Shown: piece after piece, positions 24,031 through 37,085 of the stretch | How positions within the stretch are numbered: position 1 is the stretch's first letter | Layout of the letters: every line of letters begins with the position of its first letter | Notes under the pieces: generated by a model | What the model was told of the DNA's origin: nothing | Databases searched by the model: none | What the model saw: only the letters and a program-made list of their open reading frames with translations | Assembly: GCF_009914755.1 (NCBI RefSeq) | Contig: NC_060929.1 | DNA from: the human T2T-CHM13v2.0 reference genome, Homo sapiens | Strand: one strand, 5' to 3' | Length of the DNA stretch: 64,000 bases | Made by a program: the position numbers and the translations under genes

Positions 24031-25614
24031 GCTGGAATTCAAGTCAAATAATACGGTCGTGATTACTTTGAACCCATTTCAGGGCCAGAGAACTCAGGAT
24101 GCAGATGGCTCAGGCCTTCCAGAGGTATTTCATCTCTTTTGGCCTCAATTTCCTTGTATGAATTGAGAGCATTAGAATTGATAATTTCAAATATTCTTTT
24201 TTTCTAAAATTTTTAAATTTCATACTCTATATTCAACAATAAGAAAAGGCCCTTGCTCTTCTATCCAGAAAGCAGGTGTTAATAGAAATGAATGTGTGAT
24301 TCTGTTCTTTCTTGTTGGTCAGGCCTCTTCTGGCCTTTCTGGAGAAGATACTAAAATAACATTTCAACATTAGTTGCACATCAATTCCTTTGTATTAAAA
24401 TATCCATAATATAATCAATGTCCAAATTATTTAACTCTACACATCTCAAAGCAACTCTTCATGCAGAAACATCCAAACAAGTTTAATCCCTCATCTCTGG
24501 ACCTCCTCACACAGGGGGTTGATGATGCCCTCAGACCCTGCTCCCGCGTCAAGACCCCAATTACTCCGTAGCCGAAGCCATTTGCCCAGAGCCAGGTGGT
24601 TCCTGCGGTTAGAGTCAATATTTGCCCAGCACTGGAGTATGCAATCGTGACCTGCACCCACTGTTTAAGAGGCAAATGGCAAGCAATGAATTTTGAATGG
24701 GTGAGGAGGGAGAGAGCCTGATCTGCATTTACTTACGAGCTTTGGAAGTGCAAGATGTATACTCTGAGTTCTAACTTCTTAGATTAAATGTTGGCTTTTT
24801 AAATCAAAAGTAAGCAAATCCTATGTAATATGCCTGCCATATATTTATTACAACGTTCTTCAGAAGCAATTTCCGTACTGATATGCTGTTGCCGGGATTA
24901 TTATTAAAGAGGTAAGAAAAATGGAGAGCCGGAGATCAAGATTAGATTTTTTCAGAGATGGAATGACAAAATGAATGGGGCATTAGGAGAACATTACCAA
25001 AGCAATAGAGTTTAAACCATTAAACAGATAGATGTCAATTGAAAGATGCCGGATAGTTTGTTTTTTAATGCTCCTGTCCTCAAAATCATAAGGCTGGGGT
25101 TTTACAGGCTGTAGTTTTAAAACATCTGTATGGGGCGCTTTTTGTGTGCTGTAGGGAAATGAATCAGTTTGGAAGCAATGCAAATTTTAAGAATTATTGT
25201 TTATTCTTACTTTGCAATTTGAAAAAAAACCACAGCAAAATTATGAGATAAGGTAATAAACAGAAATGAACCTTCCACCTTAAATGAGCACATTGAAACA
25301 TTTGCATCTAACTTTTCCACTTATTTGTGGAAGTGAACCGTGACAGGTAGACGGAATCCTCCGCAGTCCTCCCCGGAGTTGCCGCGATCCACCACTGAAC
25401 GCAGGGCCTGCGGAGTCCACACTCCCCTGCTTTCGTCAGGCGCACGCTAGAGGTGGGGCTACGTGTTTGCCCTGCATAGGTATGATTCACTTAGTCATCT
25501 GCATACTCGAACACGGATAGTATGTTCTGGACTTGGCTTTTTCTGGAACTCTGTGAAGCATAGAGAACGCAGGAAAGAACCCAAATGAACGCAGCCCTCC
25601 CCGCGCTGGGGAAC

Positions 25615-26020
25615 ATGAGTTTCCTGGGGAACCATGTAACAGGTGTAACACAAACCGGGTGGCTTAAAACAACAGACATTTTTTGTCTCACAGTTCTGGG
25701 AGTCAGAAGTTCAAAATCAGGGTGTCGCAGGGGCGCACTCCCTCCAGCGGCTCCAGGGCAGGATCGTCCCTGCCCCGGATGGCTTCTGTGACTCCGGGGG
25801 TCCCTCAGCTGTGGCCGCATCGCTCTGATCTCTACCTCACCTTCACGTGGCCTCCTCCTCTGGGTGGAACTGACCCAAACTTCCTCTACCTTTCCCCTTT
25901 ATGGAGACACATAATTGTGCTTGGGGTTCATCTGGGGAAACCAGAATAAGCTCCGTTCTGGAGCTTATTTCCATCTCTTGCCACGTAAGGAGATACGTGT
26001 ATTCACTCTTTTGCTATGTA
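25615..26020 (-). mobile_element. MLT1C-like MaLR LTR
   Basis: caaaccgggtggcttaaaacaacagacatt...ctcacagttctgggagtcagaagttcaaaatcagggtgtc...cttcacgtggcctcctc. Confidence 0.8.
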
Positions 26021-26238
26021 AGAACCCTTCCTGCCATGCTTTCGGCCTGCAGAGCCTCCTCACTGGAGCGTGGCTGTGCCTCTCCCGCGGGAGCATTCTC
26101 AAGGACGTGCTGAACCAGGTGTCCTCCCTGGGGTAGTGAGCCTGGCTCGCATAACATATTTATTCCACATTCCCATCTCACCCAGCCCCTGGCTAGCTTC
26201 CTCCATGGTACACAGGGGAGGTCTTGAATCTCAACATT

Positions 26239-26871
26239 TGTCACAGGTGTTTGAGCCAGAGTGACTCCATCTTGAATAGGGGCTGGGTAAAATGACGCTG
26301 AAGCCTGCAGGGCCGCATTCCCAGGAAGTTAGGCACTCTTAGTCACACGATGAGCTAGGAGGTTGGCACAAGATACAGGTCACAAAGACCTTGCTGATAA
26401 GACAGCATGTGGTAAAGAAGCCGGTTAAAGACCATCAAAACCAAGATGGCGGGGACAGTGATCTCTGGTCATCCTCACTGCTCATTATACGCTAGTTAGA
26501 ATGCATCAGCTGCTAAAAGACACTCCCACCAGCACCACCACAGTTGACGAATGCCATGGCAACGTCAGGAAGTTACCCTATATGGTCTAAAAAGGGGAGG
26601 AACCTCAGTTCTGGGAACTGCCCACCCCTTTTCTGGAAAACTCATGAATAATCCAGCCCTCGTTTAGCATATAATCAAGAAACAACTGTAAGTATAATCA
26701 GATGAGCAGCCCACATTGCTGCTCTGCCTATGGAGTAGCCATTCTTTTATTCCTTTACTTCCTTAATAAACTTGCTTTCACTGTACTCTATGGATTTACC
26801 CCGAATTCTTTCTTGCACAAGGTCCAAGAACCTTCTCTTTGGGTCTGGATTGGGACTTGTTTCTGGTAAAA
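26239..26871 (+). mobile_element. MER41B-like ERV1 solo LTR with 4-bp TSD (CATT)
   Basis: Starts tgtcacaggtgtttgagccagagtgactccatcttgaataggggctgggtaaaat; ends gggtctggattgggac...ttctggtaaaa; internal aataaa; CATT on both sides. Confidence 0.92.
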
Positions 26872-27321
26872 CATTCACTGTAGATGGCCTTTGGGTACAA
26901 GTTATGGTTAACCAGCTAAGCACACTGCCAGAGACACACAGGAATGGCACCATGAGTTCAGAATTCTGCTTGGAGCCCTTATATCCATTCACCTGCCCTT
27001 TCTTGTGTGATATTCTTCCTACCCAGGTAGAACAATCCCAAGGCCCCCTTCCAGGCATCTTATATAGGTCTCTGTCAGTATAAGCTGGGGAAGCCCTGTG
27101 AGCCCTTGGTGCATGCAATGTGTGCTGTGGGCCACACTTAGTGCTCTCTCCCTCCTGCCTGCAGCTCCGAATCCTGTTCCCATCAACTGCGAGTGCCCTG
27201 GGCCTGTTCGTGCGTGCATCTGGTTACAGATGCAGGAAGGATGGGAGGAGCCGGGCATGGGTCTGGAGGAGCACCAGCCTCCCCTGCAAGTCGGGATCGC
27301 AGGAGAGGTCATGGCGGAGGA

Positions 27322-27828
27322 GGGGTGGTTAATTTGGGGTGTGAACCTGACTGGGCTAGGCCATGCCCGAGGGCTGGTGAAGCATTGTTTCTGGGTGTGT
27401 CTGCAAGGGACTTTTTGGAAGATACCAGCATCTGAACCAGTGCACTGAGTACAGAAGATCTGCCATCAGCAGTGAGGGTGGCATCAACCAATCTGCTGAG
27501 GGCCTGAAAAGAACAAAAGAGACCAGCGCCCTCTGCCCTTGACACTGGAGCTCCTGGCTACTGGGACTTTGGACTCTGTGACCTGTGCTGACAGCCTCCC
27601 GGGGTGCTCGGGCCTTTGGTCTCAGGCTGGGAGTTTACACCGTCAGCTTCTCTGGTTTTGGGACTTCAGACTCAACCTGAATTACACCACCGAGTGGCGA
27701 TTCCTGGTTCCTCAGCCTGGACAGCATATCAGGGAGCTTCGCGGCCTCCATAACATTTCCATAAGAGATCATCTTATATATAGCTATGCATTCTCTGTTG
27801 GTTCTGTTTCTCTTGAGAGCTCTAATGC
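27322..27828 (+). mobile_element. MLT2 (ERVL) solo LTR
   Basis: ggttaatttggggtgtgaacctgactgggctagg...tttctgggtgtgtctg...caaccaatctgctgagggcctgaaaagaacaaaa...ttggttctgtttctcttgagag. Confidence 0.85.
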
Positions 27829-30044
27829 CGGGTTATTGCAGCAAGGGGAGATGAACCCTGCAGATGGGAAGAAGGGATCCAGCTACTGTCAGAGGGGTTT
27901 GGGCAGAGTTTGAGGGACTGAGAATCACAGCCCCATTGGATCCTGCCTACACGTTCCCATGCCAAGTCTTCGGGTTTGGATTCTTGAGTTATGAGTCAGA
28001 CATTTATTTCAGTTTCATACCTGGAGCTGGAACGGGATGTGTAAAGCCATGGTCTCATTTTGTTCCTCCAGGTTCTCTAGCTCATGTGGAAGCATCCAGG
28101 CCTCCCCACAGTTCTTATATTCCATGCCATCAAAATGCTCTTCGACAGAGCATGGTGGACACACAGCAGAGTACAGAGGTGGCCCTGGGCACTGTGGGTC
28201 AGGGCAGCTACCAGGAACACAATCTGGATGCACCTGGAGAACAACGGGGAGCAGCATCATCTGAATTGTGATTTTTTAAAAAAATCAGCTCCCTAAGTAT
28301 TGCTGCTGAGTGGCAAGACGTTTTTCTTGATAAGTCTGTGACAACCAATTTAAAAAATGACCATAGGAAGAGTTTGCTATCAGGTTCTTGAAAACTAGCT
28401 CACTCCCAAATTTACCTTTTTCTTTTGTGTTTTCCTCCATTTTACTTCCAGCATCTCATGGCAACTCAGCCCCACAAAGGTTCTGACATTAACAAAATGC
28501 TTGCAAATATCCTGCCTTTCTCCAGAAAGGAATCCCATGACTCTTGCAATAAATGGTGAAGGTAACGTGAAGGGTACTTTCCAGATAAAAACTACTCCCC
28601 CGCAGAGTGTTTCACCGAGGGAGTCTATCTGATTACTCTCCACCCGGTTCTGTGTGAACTTTTCTAGTACACAGCCCTTGTTTTTCTTGGCTGTGAGCAG
28701 CAGGGCTTAGACAGCTGACGTTGCCATCCTTCTAATTATTCCAAGGGTGCTGTAGCTTGGAGCAGTGGGCGTGGGCGACCCCTGAACTCCACGAGAACCT
28801 TGAAAGGTGACTCTCAGATCTTAAAGTGAGCTTTTCGATGAATAAAACCCCAATCAATCCTCAATGGGATTGCACATGACAGGCGTGTGCTGCTGGGAAT
28901 GCAACTTCCCTCTGGAAGCCCTGGTTGGTGCTGGGTAGGGGGCTTCCTCTCCTCCACAGGCTCTGAGTCCATCACTCCGTCCGTTTGAGCTTGGTCAATA
29001 AAGTTATCATGTAATTATCATCAACTGGTCTTTAATTATTAATTGTCACCTCTGGGGCTGTCTGAGGACCGAGCGTTGTATTTCATCTGAAAGTGGAACC
29101 CAGGCTTGACAGATAGGAGGGAGCATGGAAGAAATAATCAGTGCCACCATGAATAATTGAGCTTTAATAATTTTTGCTGCATTTAGAAATCATTTCCCAC
29201 ACTTGTTACATGACCAAGTGCCTGGAGCTGAAAAGTTGATCAGATTCATCTCGTGCTTGGTGAAACTCTAAAGCCTGAATGAACTCAAGGTGCAGATTTT
29301 CTGGAAGGAAGCTCATGGTGAGAAGTGTCTGGGGACCCCATCCTGCCATGGTATTGTCGGATGCAGGGCACCTACAGTGAAGAAACTCTTCTGACGTTAA
29401 CACGGAGAGCAAGCTGGAGACAGAACTGCTTCTTTTTGAATGACTTTTTTATTATTTATTTTGACTATAAAGACTATTTATTGTAAACAAATTGAAACAG
29501 TACAAAAAGATGTCCTAAGAAGAGTAACGACTCCCTTCTGTCCTGTTGTGGCTGCCTACAGAAACAGAATGGAACATACCCAGAACCCCGCTTGGAGGTT
29601 GGACGGATCACGCCACACAGCTAGGAGGGCATGGGGGGGTTTATGACCCACATGAAGAGCCTTTGAGGGGAAAGCAGAGCGAACCCCAACCTGTTCCAGA
29701 AACTACTCGAGAGGGCCATGAAAGCTGAGTGGTGTGAGGTTTTCCTCGTGGTTGAGGGACTCGGGTGAAGGTTCACACATATGGGCACGGTCTTGCTTGG
29801 TTTGCATCTCCCAATGGTGCTCAAGAAAGGAGCAGCCTGGCTTTCTTATCAGCCTGACAGATATGGGGTAGAACAAGAAGAGGGGTGAGGCCTAAATGCT
29901 GTCAGCAAACAGCAAAACTGGGAGTCAGGCTTGACCGTATCTCTTTAGTTCTCTCACTCCAGAGGGACCTTTGTTGTTTCCTGAGTGTAGATATTTACTG
30001 TGTATATGTAAAAGTATACTTGCATGCAATGTGTATGTCTGTTT

Positions 30045-31288
30045 ATCCATCCACCTATCCATTTTTCTGTCCATCTGTCAGCCCACCCACCCAACCATTC
30101 ATCCATCATCCACCCACCCACCCATTCATCCATCCACTCACCTACCCATTCATCCATCCACTCACCCACCCATTCATCCATCCACTAACCCACCCATTCA
30201 TCCATCCACTAACCCACCCATTCATCCATCCACTCACCCAACCATTCATCCATCCACTCACCCACCCATTCATTCATCCACTAACCCACCCATTCATCCA
30301 TCCACTCACCCAACCATTCATCCATCCACTCACCCAACCATTCATCCATCCACCTACCTACCCATTCATCCATCTGCCCACCCACTCATCCACCCATTCA
30401 TCCATCCACTCACCCACCTATTCATCCATCCACTCACCCACCCATTCATCCATCCACTCACCCACCCATTCATCCATCCACTTACCTACCCATCCACCTG
30501 CCCACCAACTCACCCACCTATTCATCCTTTCACCTACCCACCCATCCACCCGTCCATCCATTCACCCACCCACCGACCCATTCATCCATCCACCTATCCA
30601 TCCATTCACCCATCCACCCATTCACCCACTCACTTATCCATTCATCTGTCCATTTGGCAGTCCACCCACACACTCACCCATCCATCCACCCACCCATTCA
30701 TCCATCCACTTACCCACTCATTTATCCATTTACCCACCCACCTATCCATCCATTCACCCATCCACCCATTCACCCACTCACTTATCCATTCATCTGTCTA
30801 TTTGGCAGTCCACCCACCCCTCACCCATCCATCCACCCACCCATTCATCCATCCACCCACCCACTCATTCATCCATCTACCCACACATCCACTCATCCAC
30901 CCACCCACCCATCCACCCTCCAATCCATCTATCCATTCATCCATCCACCCACCCATCCATCCACCCACCCACCCATCCACTCATCCACCCATCCACTCAT
31001 CCACCCATCCATCCACCTATTTTTCCACCCACCCACCCACCCGCCTGTCCATCCATTCAGCCATCCACCCTCCAATCCATCATATACCTGCCCATCCATG
31101 TATCTATCCACCATCCAATCCATCTATCCACCTGTCCAACCACCTGTCCATTCACCTGTCCATCCACCCACTCATCCATCCATGCACCCACCCACCCACC
31201 CACCCATCCACCCTCTGATTCATCCACTGATCCACCCATCTGTCCATCCATCCATCTATTCATCCATCCATCCATTCATTTATCTATC
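30045..31288. repeat. Compound (CCAT/CCAC/TCAT)n simple repeat, ~1.25 kb
   Basis: Direct reading; 24-bp sub-periodicity near 30120-30480 and an internal block cttatccattcatctgtcyatttggcagtccacccac repeated at ~30632 and ~30781. Confidence 0.97.
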
Positions 31289-31299
31289 CTTTTAATGTA

Positions 31300-32760
31300 G
31301 AAATGGCCCCACATTACACATATTGTTTTGAATTTGTTTTTTCACTTAATGAATCTTGGAGTGACATTTGTCTACAGCTTCACCTATTTCTCATGGCTGC
31401 ATGGTACTCCGTGGACCACTAATGATGGCCATTAGGGCTGATTCCATTTTCTCCCATCACAAATCATCCCTATATTCCTGTACCCAGGCAGGTATGCTGA
31501 TGGGACACAGTCTTGAAAATGTGATTGTCAAGACACAGGCTATGCCCCTTGTAATCTTTGAAAGACATTGTCAAGTGGACTTCCAAAACTTTGCTCTAGA
31601 ATACTTCTTAGGCAACAGGTGAGCAGAGTCTGTGTTCCATTACCTGAGTCAATTGGGGTGGGGGAGGAGCACAACAAAACAACCTGCCAATTTGAGATAT
31701 AAGAAACCCTGGTAGCATTAGTTTACGTCATTTCAAATATTTATTAGACATTTTTACTTCTCACTACTCTGAGTTTTCAGTTTTTCTCAAGTAAGTTCTG
31801 CTTTTCTTAGTAATCTGTAAGAGATCCTTTAATAAGGTAGGTTGCTAATATATTTTTCAGTTAGTCATTTGACTTTGTAAAATGTTTTTCTCTGAACATT
31901 TTTTTTTTCATTATTATGAATTCAAAATAAAGAGTTTCATGTTTTCTGGCTGCTTGTTTTGTTATATTCAGAAAGTGTATCTCAAAGAAAAGATTAGTTG
32001 TTTCTTTATCATCTATGATTTTGTCTTTGGAGTTTTAAATTCTTATACTTAAATTGATGCTCCAGCAGGAATTTCTTTTGTTGTAAGGCATGAGATAGGC
32101 ATCCTGCTTTATCTAATTAACTAGTAGACTGTCTCAATATCCTTTAGAAGCTATTAATCTTTTACTTGGTGATCTGAAATATTACTTTTATTAGATGAAT
32201 CATTCTGAATTGTTTCATTATGTTGTTCTATGTGATGATTTCTCTCCTGTTTTGCATAGTTTTATTGATTGTGCTTTATAACATATTTCAGTGTTCGATA
32301 AGGCAGCTCCTCTGAATTACTTTTCATTTAAAACTTTTCTGACTATTTAAAAATGTTTATGTTTCTGGAAGATCTTTAGAGTCCTGTGTCCTATGTCATG
32401 TTATTCAAGCTGTTTTCCTACCAGCAAAGGTCAAAGATTCTAATTGTTATTTTAATTGGGAATGTATAACAAATATAGATCATATCTTTTTAAGCTGAGT
32501 CTTTTTAGCTAAGAACAAGAGTTGTTGTCATTTATTCAAATATTCTCTTGTATCTTCACATAATTCTTTAATTTGAAAAGCATATTGTCCTGTATTTCCT
32601 TATGCTTTTTTAGAGATATTTTATCTATTTTTTGTGAACTGAATTGCTTCCTCCTTTGTATTTCCAAATGCTTACTCTTTTGACATAGGACAATTATTGA
32701 TTTTGTATTTTAAATGACATCAGTCATTCAATGAACTTAGTTTGCTTTTGCATTTTTGGT
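31300..32760 (-). mobile_element. Ancient L1 (L1ME-like) remnant
   Basis: T-rich tract with L1M 3' hallmarks (ttttttcacttaat, tggctgcatggtactcc, gatggccattagggctgattccattt) continuing into degenerate antisense ORF2. Confidence 0.7.
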
Positions 32761-32934
32761 ACAAGATGTTTTCTTGGTCTAGGACTCTACAACCCACAGG
32801 AGCGGTGATTCACTTGTCCCTCTGGACTTGCGGGTTCTTGCTCTGTATCCAGGCCAGGCGCTTGGCCGTTCTCAGACTGTGTTCTCATCTCTAACATGGG
32901 GATGGCCTCCACTTAAAGGATGACTTGAGGGGTT

Positions 32935-33140
32935 TGAGGGGACAAAGGCTGAGTGCAGTGGTGAGATGGTGCTCGGGAAGGGTGAGGTCTTGCCTGGGTG
33001 CGGGGTGTCCACGTGGGAGGGATTCCGAGGAGAGCTGGGGTGTCCGCGTGTGAGGGGTTCCAAGGGGACAAAGGCTGAGTGCAGTGGTGAGATGGTGCTC
33101 AGAAGTGCGGGGCCTTGCCTGGGAGCTGGGTGTCCACCTG
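32935..33140. repeat. Partial 126-bp tandem duplication
   Basis: ggggacaaaggctgagtgcagtggtgagatggtgctc at ~32938 and ~33064, followed by related cttgcctggg...gggtgtccac segments. Confidence 0.85.
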
Positions 33141-33699
33141 GCTGGACCACTGCATCTTCTCCATCTAGTGTTTGCTGCTTTCTGGGAAAGCTGCTGGCCA
33201 TGCTCCCAGCAGCTTAGGAAGGGCAGGAGCACTGAGAAGCAGTGAAGGCGGAATCTGTCGGCTCTGGGCACCCTCCTGGGCGCCTTTCCGTCCCGACTGC
33301 AGGGTTGCATCCGAGGCCTCGCCTCTGTGGCTGTCAATTCACTGACGGGGAACCCAGGCCTGATGTTGATCCCCAAAACATCCCCCAGAGCTGGGTCACA
33401 TGACCAGGCATTTTAGATGAGCCCTGAGTAATTTAACAATTTTATCTTTAAGACATAGGGTGACATTAGAGCTGGACTTCCATCTTTCCCCTGATGCTGG
33501 GATAGCGATGGCTCTGCCAAGCTTGCTCTCCTGCTTTCTGGGCTCTGCCTTGCAGGACAGCTCTTCACCCAGGGAGGATACTCAGTTTAAGGAGCACCTG
33601 CTCTGCAGAACTCCTCTTGCTCCTCATCCCCCATCCCATTCACTGGCGCCACCTGCACGGGACATTGGGCACCGTTTCTCTCCCCTCTCTGTGCTCCCC

Positions 33700-34150
33700 C
33701 CCGGGGTCCAGGGACCTTAACACCTGCAGGACCTCTGTGGCAGCCTCTGGCCCTCTGCTTCCTGCCCAGCGGCCAGGCGACTGTTTACTCAGAGCGTGGA
33801 CCCCCTGCCATGCACCTTGCAAACCCTCAGGCAGATTACCCTTACAATTAGGAAGAGCCCACACACTCCTTCCACCTGCCAGCCCTCCCGCCTGCCCTGC
33901 GCACCTCTGGGCCTGGTCAAGCACCTGGCACTTCCCTGCCCACTCTCCCGTCACCCACGCCTGCCCCAGACTCCGCCCCCGACACATCATCAGAGGGGTC
34001 TTCCTTGTCTCTCACTGGCCTCCTCTCCCACTGGTCATGTCTTCTTCGTCTGCCTGCTGCTGTTTGGGGCCCTGAGCCCCACCAGGGCACCTCTGCTCTG
34101 CACCCAGGTCCAGGAATCCCGAGAGCAGCACTCAGCATCTGGCACTGACA
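33700..34150 (+). mobile_element. Degenerate L2 fragment
   Basis: cagcggccaggcgactgttt...caaaccctcaggcagattacccttacaattagg...catcatcagaggggtcttccttg...cagcatctggcac resembles L2 3' region. Confidence 0.5.
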
Positions 34151-34984
34151 GCGTAGCCTGGAGATCCCACAGCTGTCCTTCCTGCCTGCTCTCTGGTTCC
34201 CTGGTTTGTATTTTAGTATTATCTCTAATTACTGCTTTCACAGAAGTTCTAGACACTTCTTTACAAGTGGCCTCAATCCCGGTCCACACACGTTTCTGCT
34301 GGGCTGAGTTCTCGTCTGCTTTTCATGCTCCTGCTTTCAGCGTGAAACCCACAGATGGCGAGACCCGAGTTTAAACTCTTGGTCATTTGTACAGCACACA
34401 ACATCATGAGGAGACATCCACCCTGGCCTGAGGATCCCATTCGGATTAGAGATCAAGAGCCAGCCTGGAGGCAAGGCGTCTACGCTTGAGCCCAGGATAG
34501 AGGCAGAAGCCCCTGGAGCTGGGAAGGAGTGAGCTGGTGGGGCGCTTCCTGCTGTCCCAGGCCTGCGGGGGAGGCCACTGCCTCGCCACTTTGTTTTCCT
34601 GAATCACCACAAGACTATTTTTCCTGATGAATTAACAATTGAACGGGCTTAAGTGCCCACTATTTTTGTGAAGATGTAAAGGAGCATAAGCACGTCTTTC
34701 TGTTTTCTTTTTCCAACTTACAAATAGAGATACTGCTACTCCCGTTCTGCCCCTAATTAAATGTGCCTAGAAAACTTATTTTATAATTTCATAATTCATA
34801 CTCTGTGTATTATGGCTTCTCCTTGGTCTATAGTTTTTTCATGAAAGTGTGCTAAATAGTATTATAATACCATAAAAAAATAAATGCCAGTAAAGATGGC
34901 ATAGAAAAATACATTTTGGACACGCACTCCGAGGGTGGTTGATGTGAATGGTGACAGCTCCTGTGAGGGGCTTGTTTCTTCTGA

Positions 34985-35073
34985 ACGTGTGCCCACGTGT
35001 GTATGCACGTGTGTGAGTGTGCATGTGCCCACGTGTGTATGCACGTGTGTGAGTGTGCATGTGCCCACGTGTG
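34985..35073. repeat. 36-bp tandem repeat (~2.4 copies) with five CACGTG motifs
   Basis: gcccacgtgtgtatgcacgtgtgtgagtgtgcatgt at 34991 and 35027. Confidence 0.9.
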
Positions 35074-35139
35074 CGACACCAGCTGAGATCTGGAGCTGGA
35101 GGAGCCTGGTCTGAGGGCGGAGCCACTGGGCTCAGAGCT

Positions 35140-35302
35140 GAGAGTGCACTGGAAGCCCCTAGAAGCTGAGCCGGGGTCGTGGACCCCACCCCCGGGCCTC
35201 CGAGTCAGAAGGGACTGAGTCCGGCCCTGGAAAGTGCATTTCAACAAGTTTCCAAGAGACTGAAGCTTCTGGCTGGGGCCCCACTTAACAGACCACGGCT
35301 CC
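35140..35302. mobile_element. MER5A-like hAT DNA transposon remnant
   Basis: ggaccccacccc...gagtcagaa...ggccctggaaagtgcatttcaacaagtttccaag. Confidence 0.55.
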
Positions 35303-36799
35303 AAGTTTAGTGTGGATTTCTCATCGTAAAATTGGAGATACCCACTCCCTACTTTGAACACGATGTGCCCAGCCCCCTCACCTGTTCTTGTTGGATCCAG
35401 GAACACTGTGAGCCTGTGAGGACATGGACCAAGGCGGGGAGTCACATGAGGAGAAGTACCTTCTCCTCGCTCTGCACACATATGCAAACACTGGTACACA
35501 CTTGCTCACACACCTGCTCACACACCCGCTCACTCACACCTTCTCAGTTTATATGATAGGCACACTCACACTCACACATGTGTGCACACACACAGATCTC
35601 TGGCAGAAGCCGGAAGGACACAAAGGCCACTTGGACTTGGGGCATGAGGAGAGAAACCAAGCTGCCAAAGAGGACGTGATTTAGAACATGGGCCAACAGG
35701 GCCACGGTGCTCTAAATAACCTCACATGACCCACATTGAGACTGTTGTCTATGTAGCCAGCTGAGGGGCTCTGGGCTATGTGGGGTCAGGCAGAGGGGAC
35801 TTGCCCAGAGCATGAATCTGCCAGGTTGGAACACAGCAGCCGCCTCAAGTTCCCCAGGTGCCTGGGAGAAGCCGCCTTTTGCAGGGAGCTGTGGGCCTGA
35901 GGGGTGCCAGCATGGAGGCCAAGCCTGGCTCCTCATCTGATGGGCTGGATTTGCCCTGGTAAGATACTACCGAGGCTGGACCACAGGGAAGGAGGAACAC
36001 AGCCCCCGACAACTGTGGGCAGCCGCTGGGCATCACTGGATGTCAGACACGGAAATCTCATGACATGGGCGCCTGCTGCGGCGCCCAGCACTCCACCTGC
36101 ATCCAGCTCATGCTCCTCCAGGAGGACTCCTTGGAGATGGTTAACCCGCCCCGTCGAGGGAGAAAGGTGAGGTTCCAGACACTGAGTGACTTGCCTGAGA
36201 ACACTGATTCTGCTCACACACGCTGGGAGCTGCTGACTGTGGTGGGAGTGTGGGGGGCCAGTGGAGAGGAGACCCCAGCAAGCAGCCCCTGAGGACAGGC
36301 TTGTCTTCAGCTCTCCACCACTGCCCCAGCTCCCAGGGGCCCCTTTCCACACAGCAGCTGCTCAGTAAACATCACACACATCCACTTTGGAGGTGCCTCC
36401 GGACCCTGACAGCCCTGGATGGAGACAGAGTAAAAGTGACTCAGCAAGCATCTTTCCTGGGCCGCATCAGACATGGGGACGGCCACAGTCATCCTGCACG
36501 AGGTTGACCAGACTGTCCAGTCTGTGGACCTGGGGGAGGCAGGAGCTCCCTCTGTTGATATGAAGACAAAGCAGGCTCTAGAAACGCCGTCTGTGGAGAA
36601 GGGCTGTCTGCAATCTATGTGGGAGTGCGTGTGTGGAAAGAGCTCACTCCCACAGCACACGGACCCTCAGGTGGCCCTATGGCCGGGCCTCCAGGATCCG
36701 TCTCCTCCTTGAGCATGAGCCACTTGCCTCCAGCCAGAAGAGGCAGCCCCAGGGATAGGATGTCTGTCTTGTGATTGTGTTTTGTTCCAAAGACTCAGT

Positions 36800-37085
36800 C
36801 TCAGCAGCCTGGAGACTCCCATGGGCCCCTCAAAGTGGGCGGCTGTGTCAGGTGACCTTGCATGACAAGGAACTGCAGGTGGCTATGGGGCCCAAGGAGA
36901 GCCCCAGCTGGTTCTGCCCCACTCCAGATGGGGACTCAGCCCGGCTGATGCTTTGCCTGCAGCCTGGTGTGACCCAAGGCGGAGGGCCCACAAGGCAAAG
37001 GACCCACAAGACCACAGAAGAATAGACGCAGGTTGTTTTAAGTTGCCAGGTTGTGATAATTTGTTATGTAGCCAAATAATAAAAA
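36800..37085 (+). mobile_element. MLT1-type LTR remnant
   Basis: gtgaccttgcatgacaaggaactgcaggtg and terminal gttgttttaagttgcc...gtgataatttgttatgtagc. Confidence 0.55.

Noticed and set aside
29885-31300. 471-aa and 415-aa Pro/His/Thr-rich ORFs
   Set aside because: Translation of a (CCAT/CCAC)n simple repeat that lacks stop codons by composition
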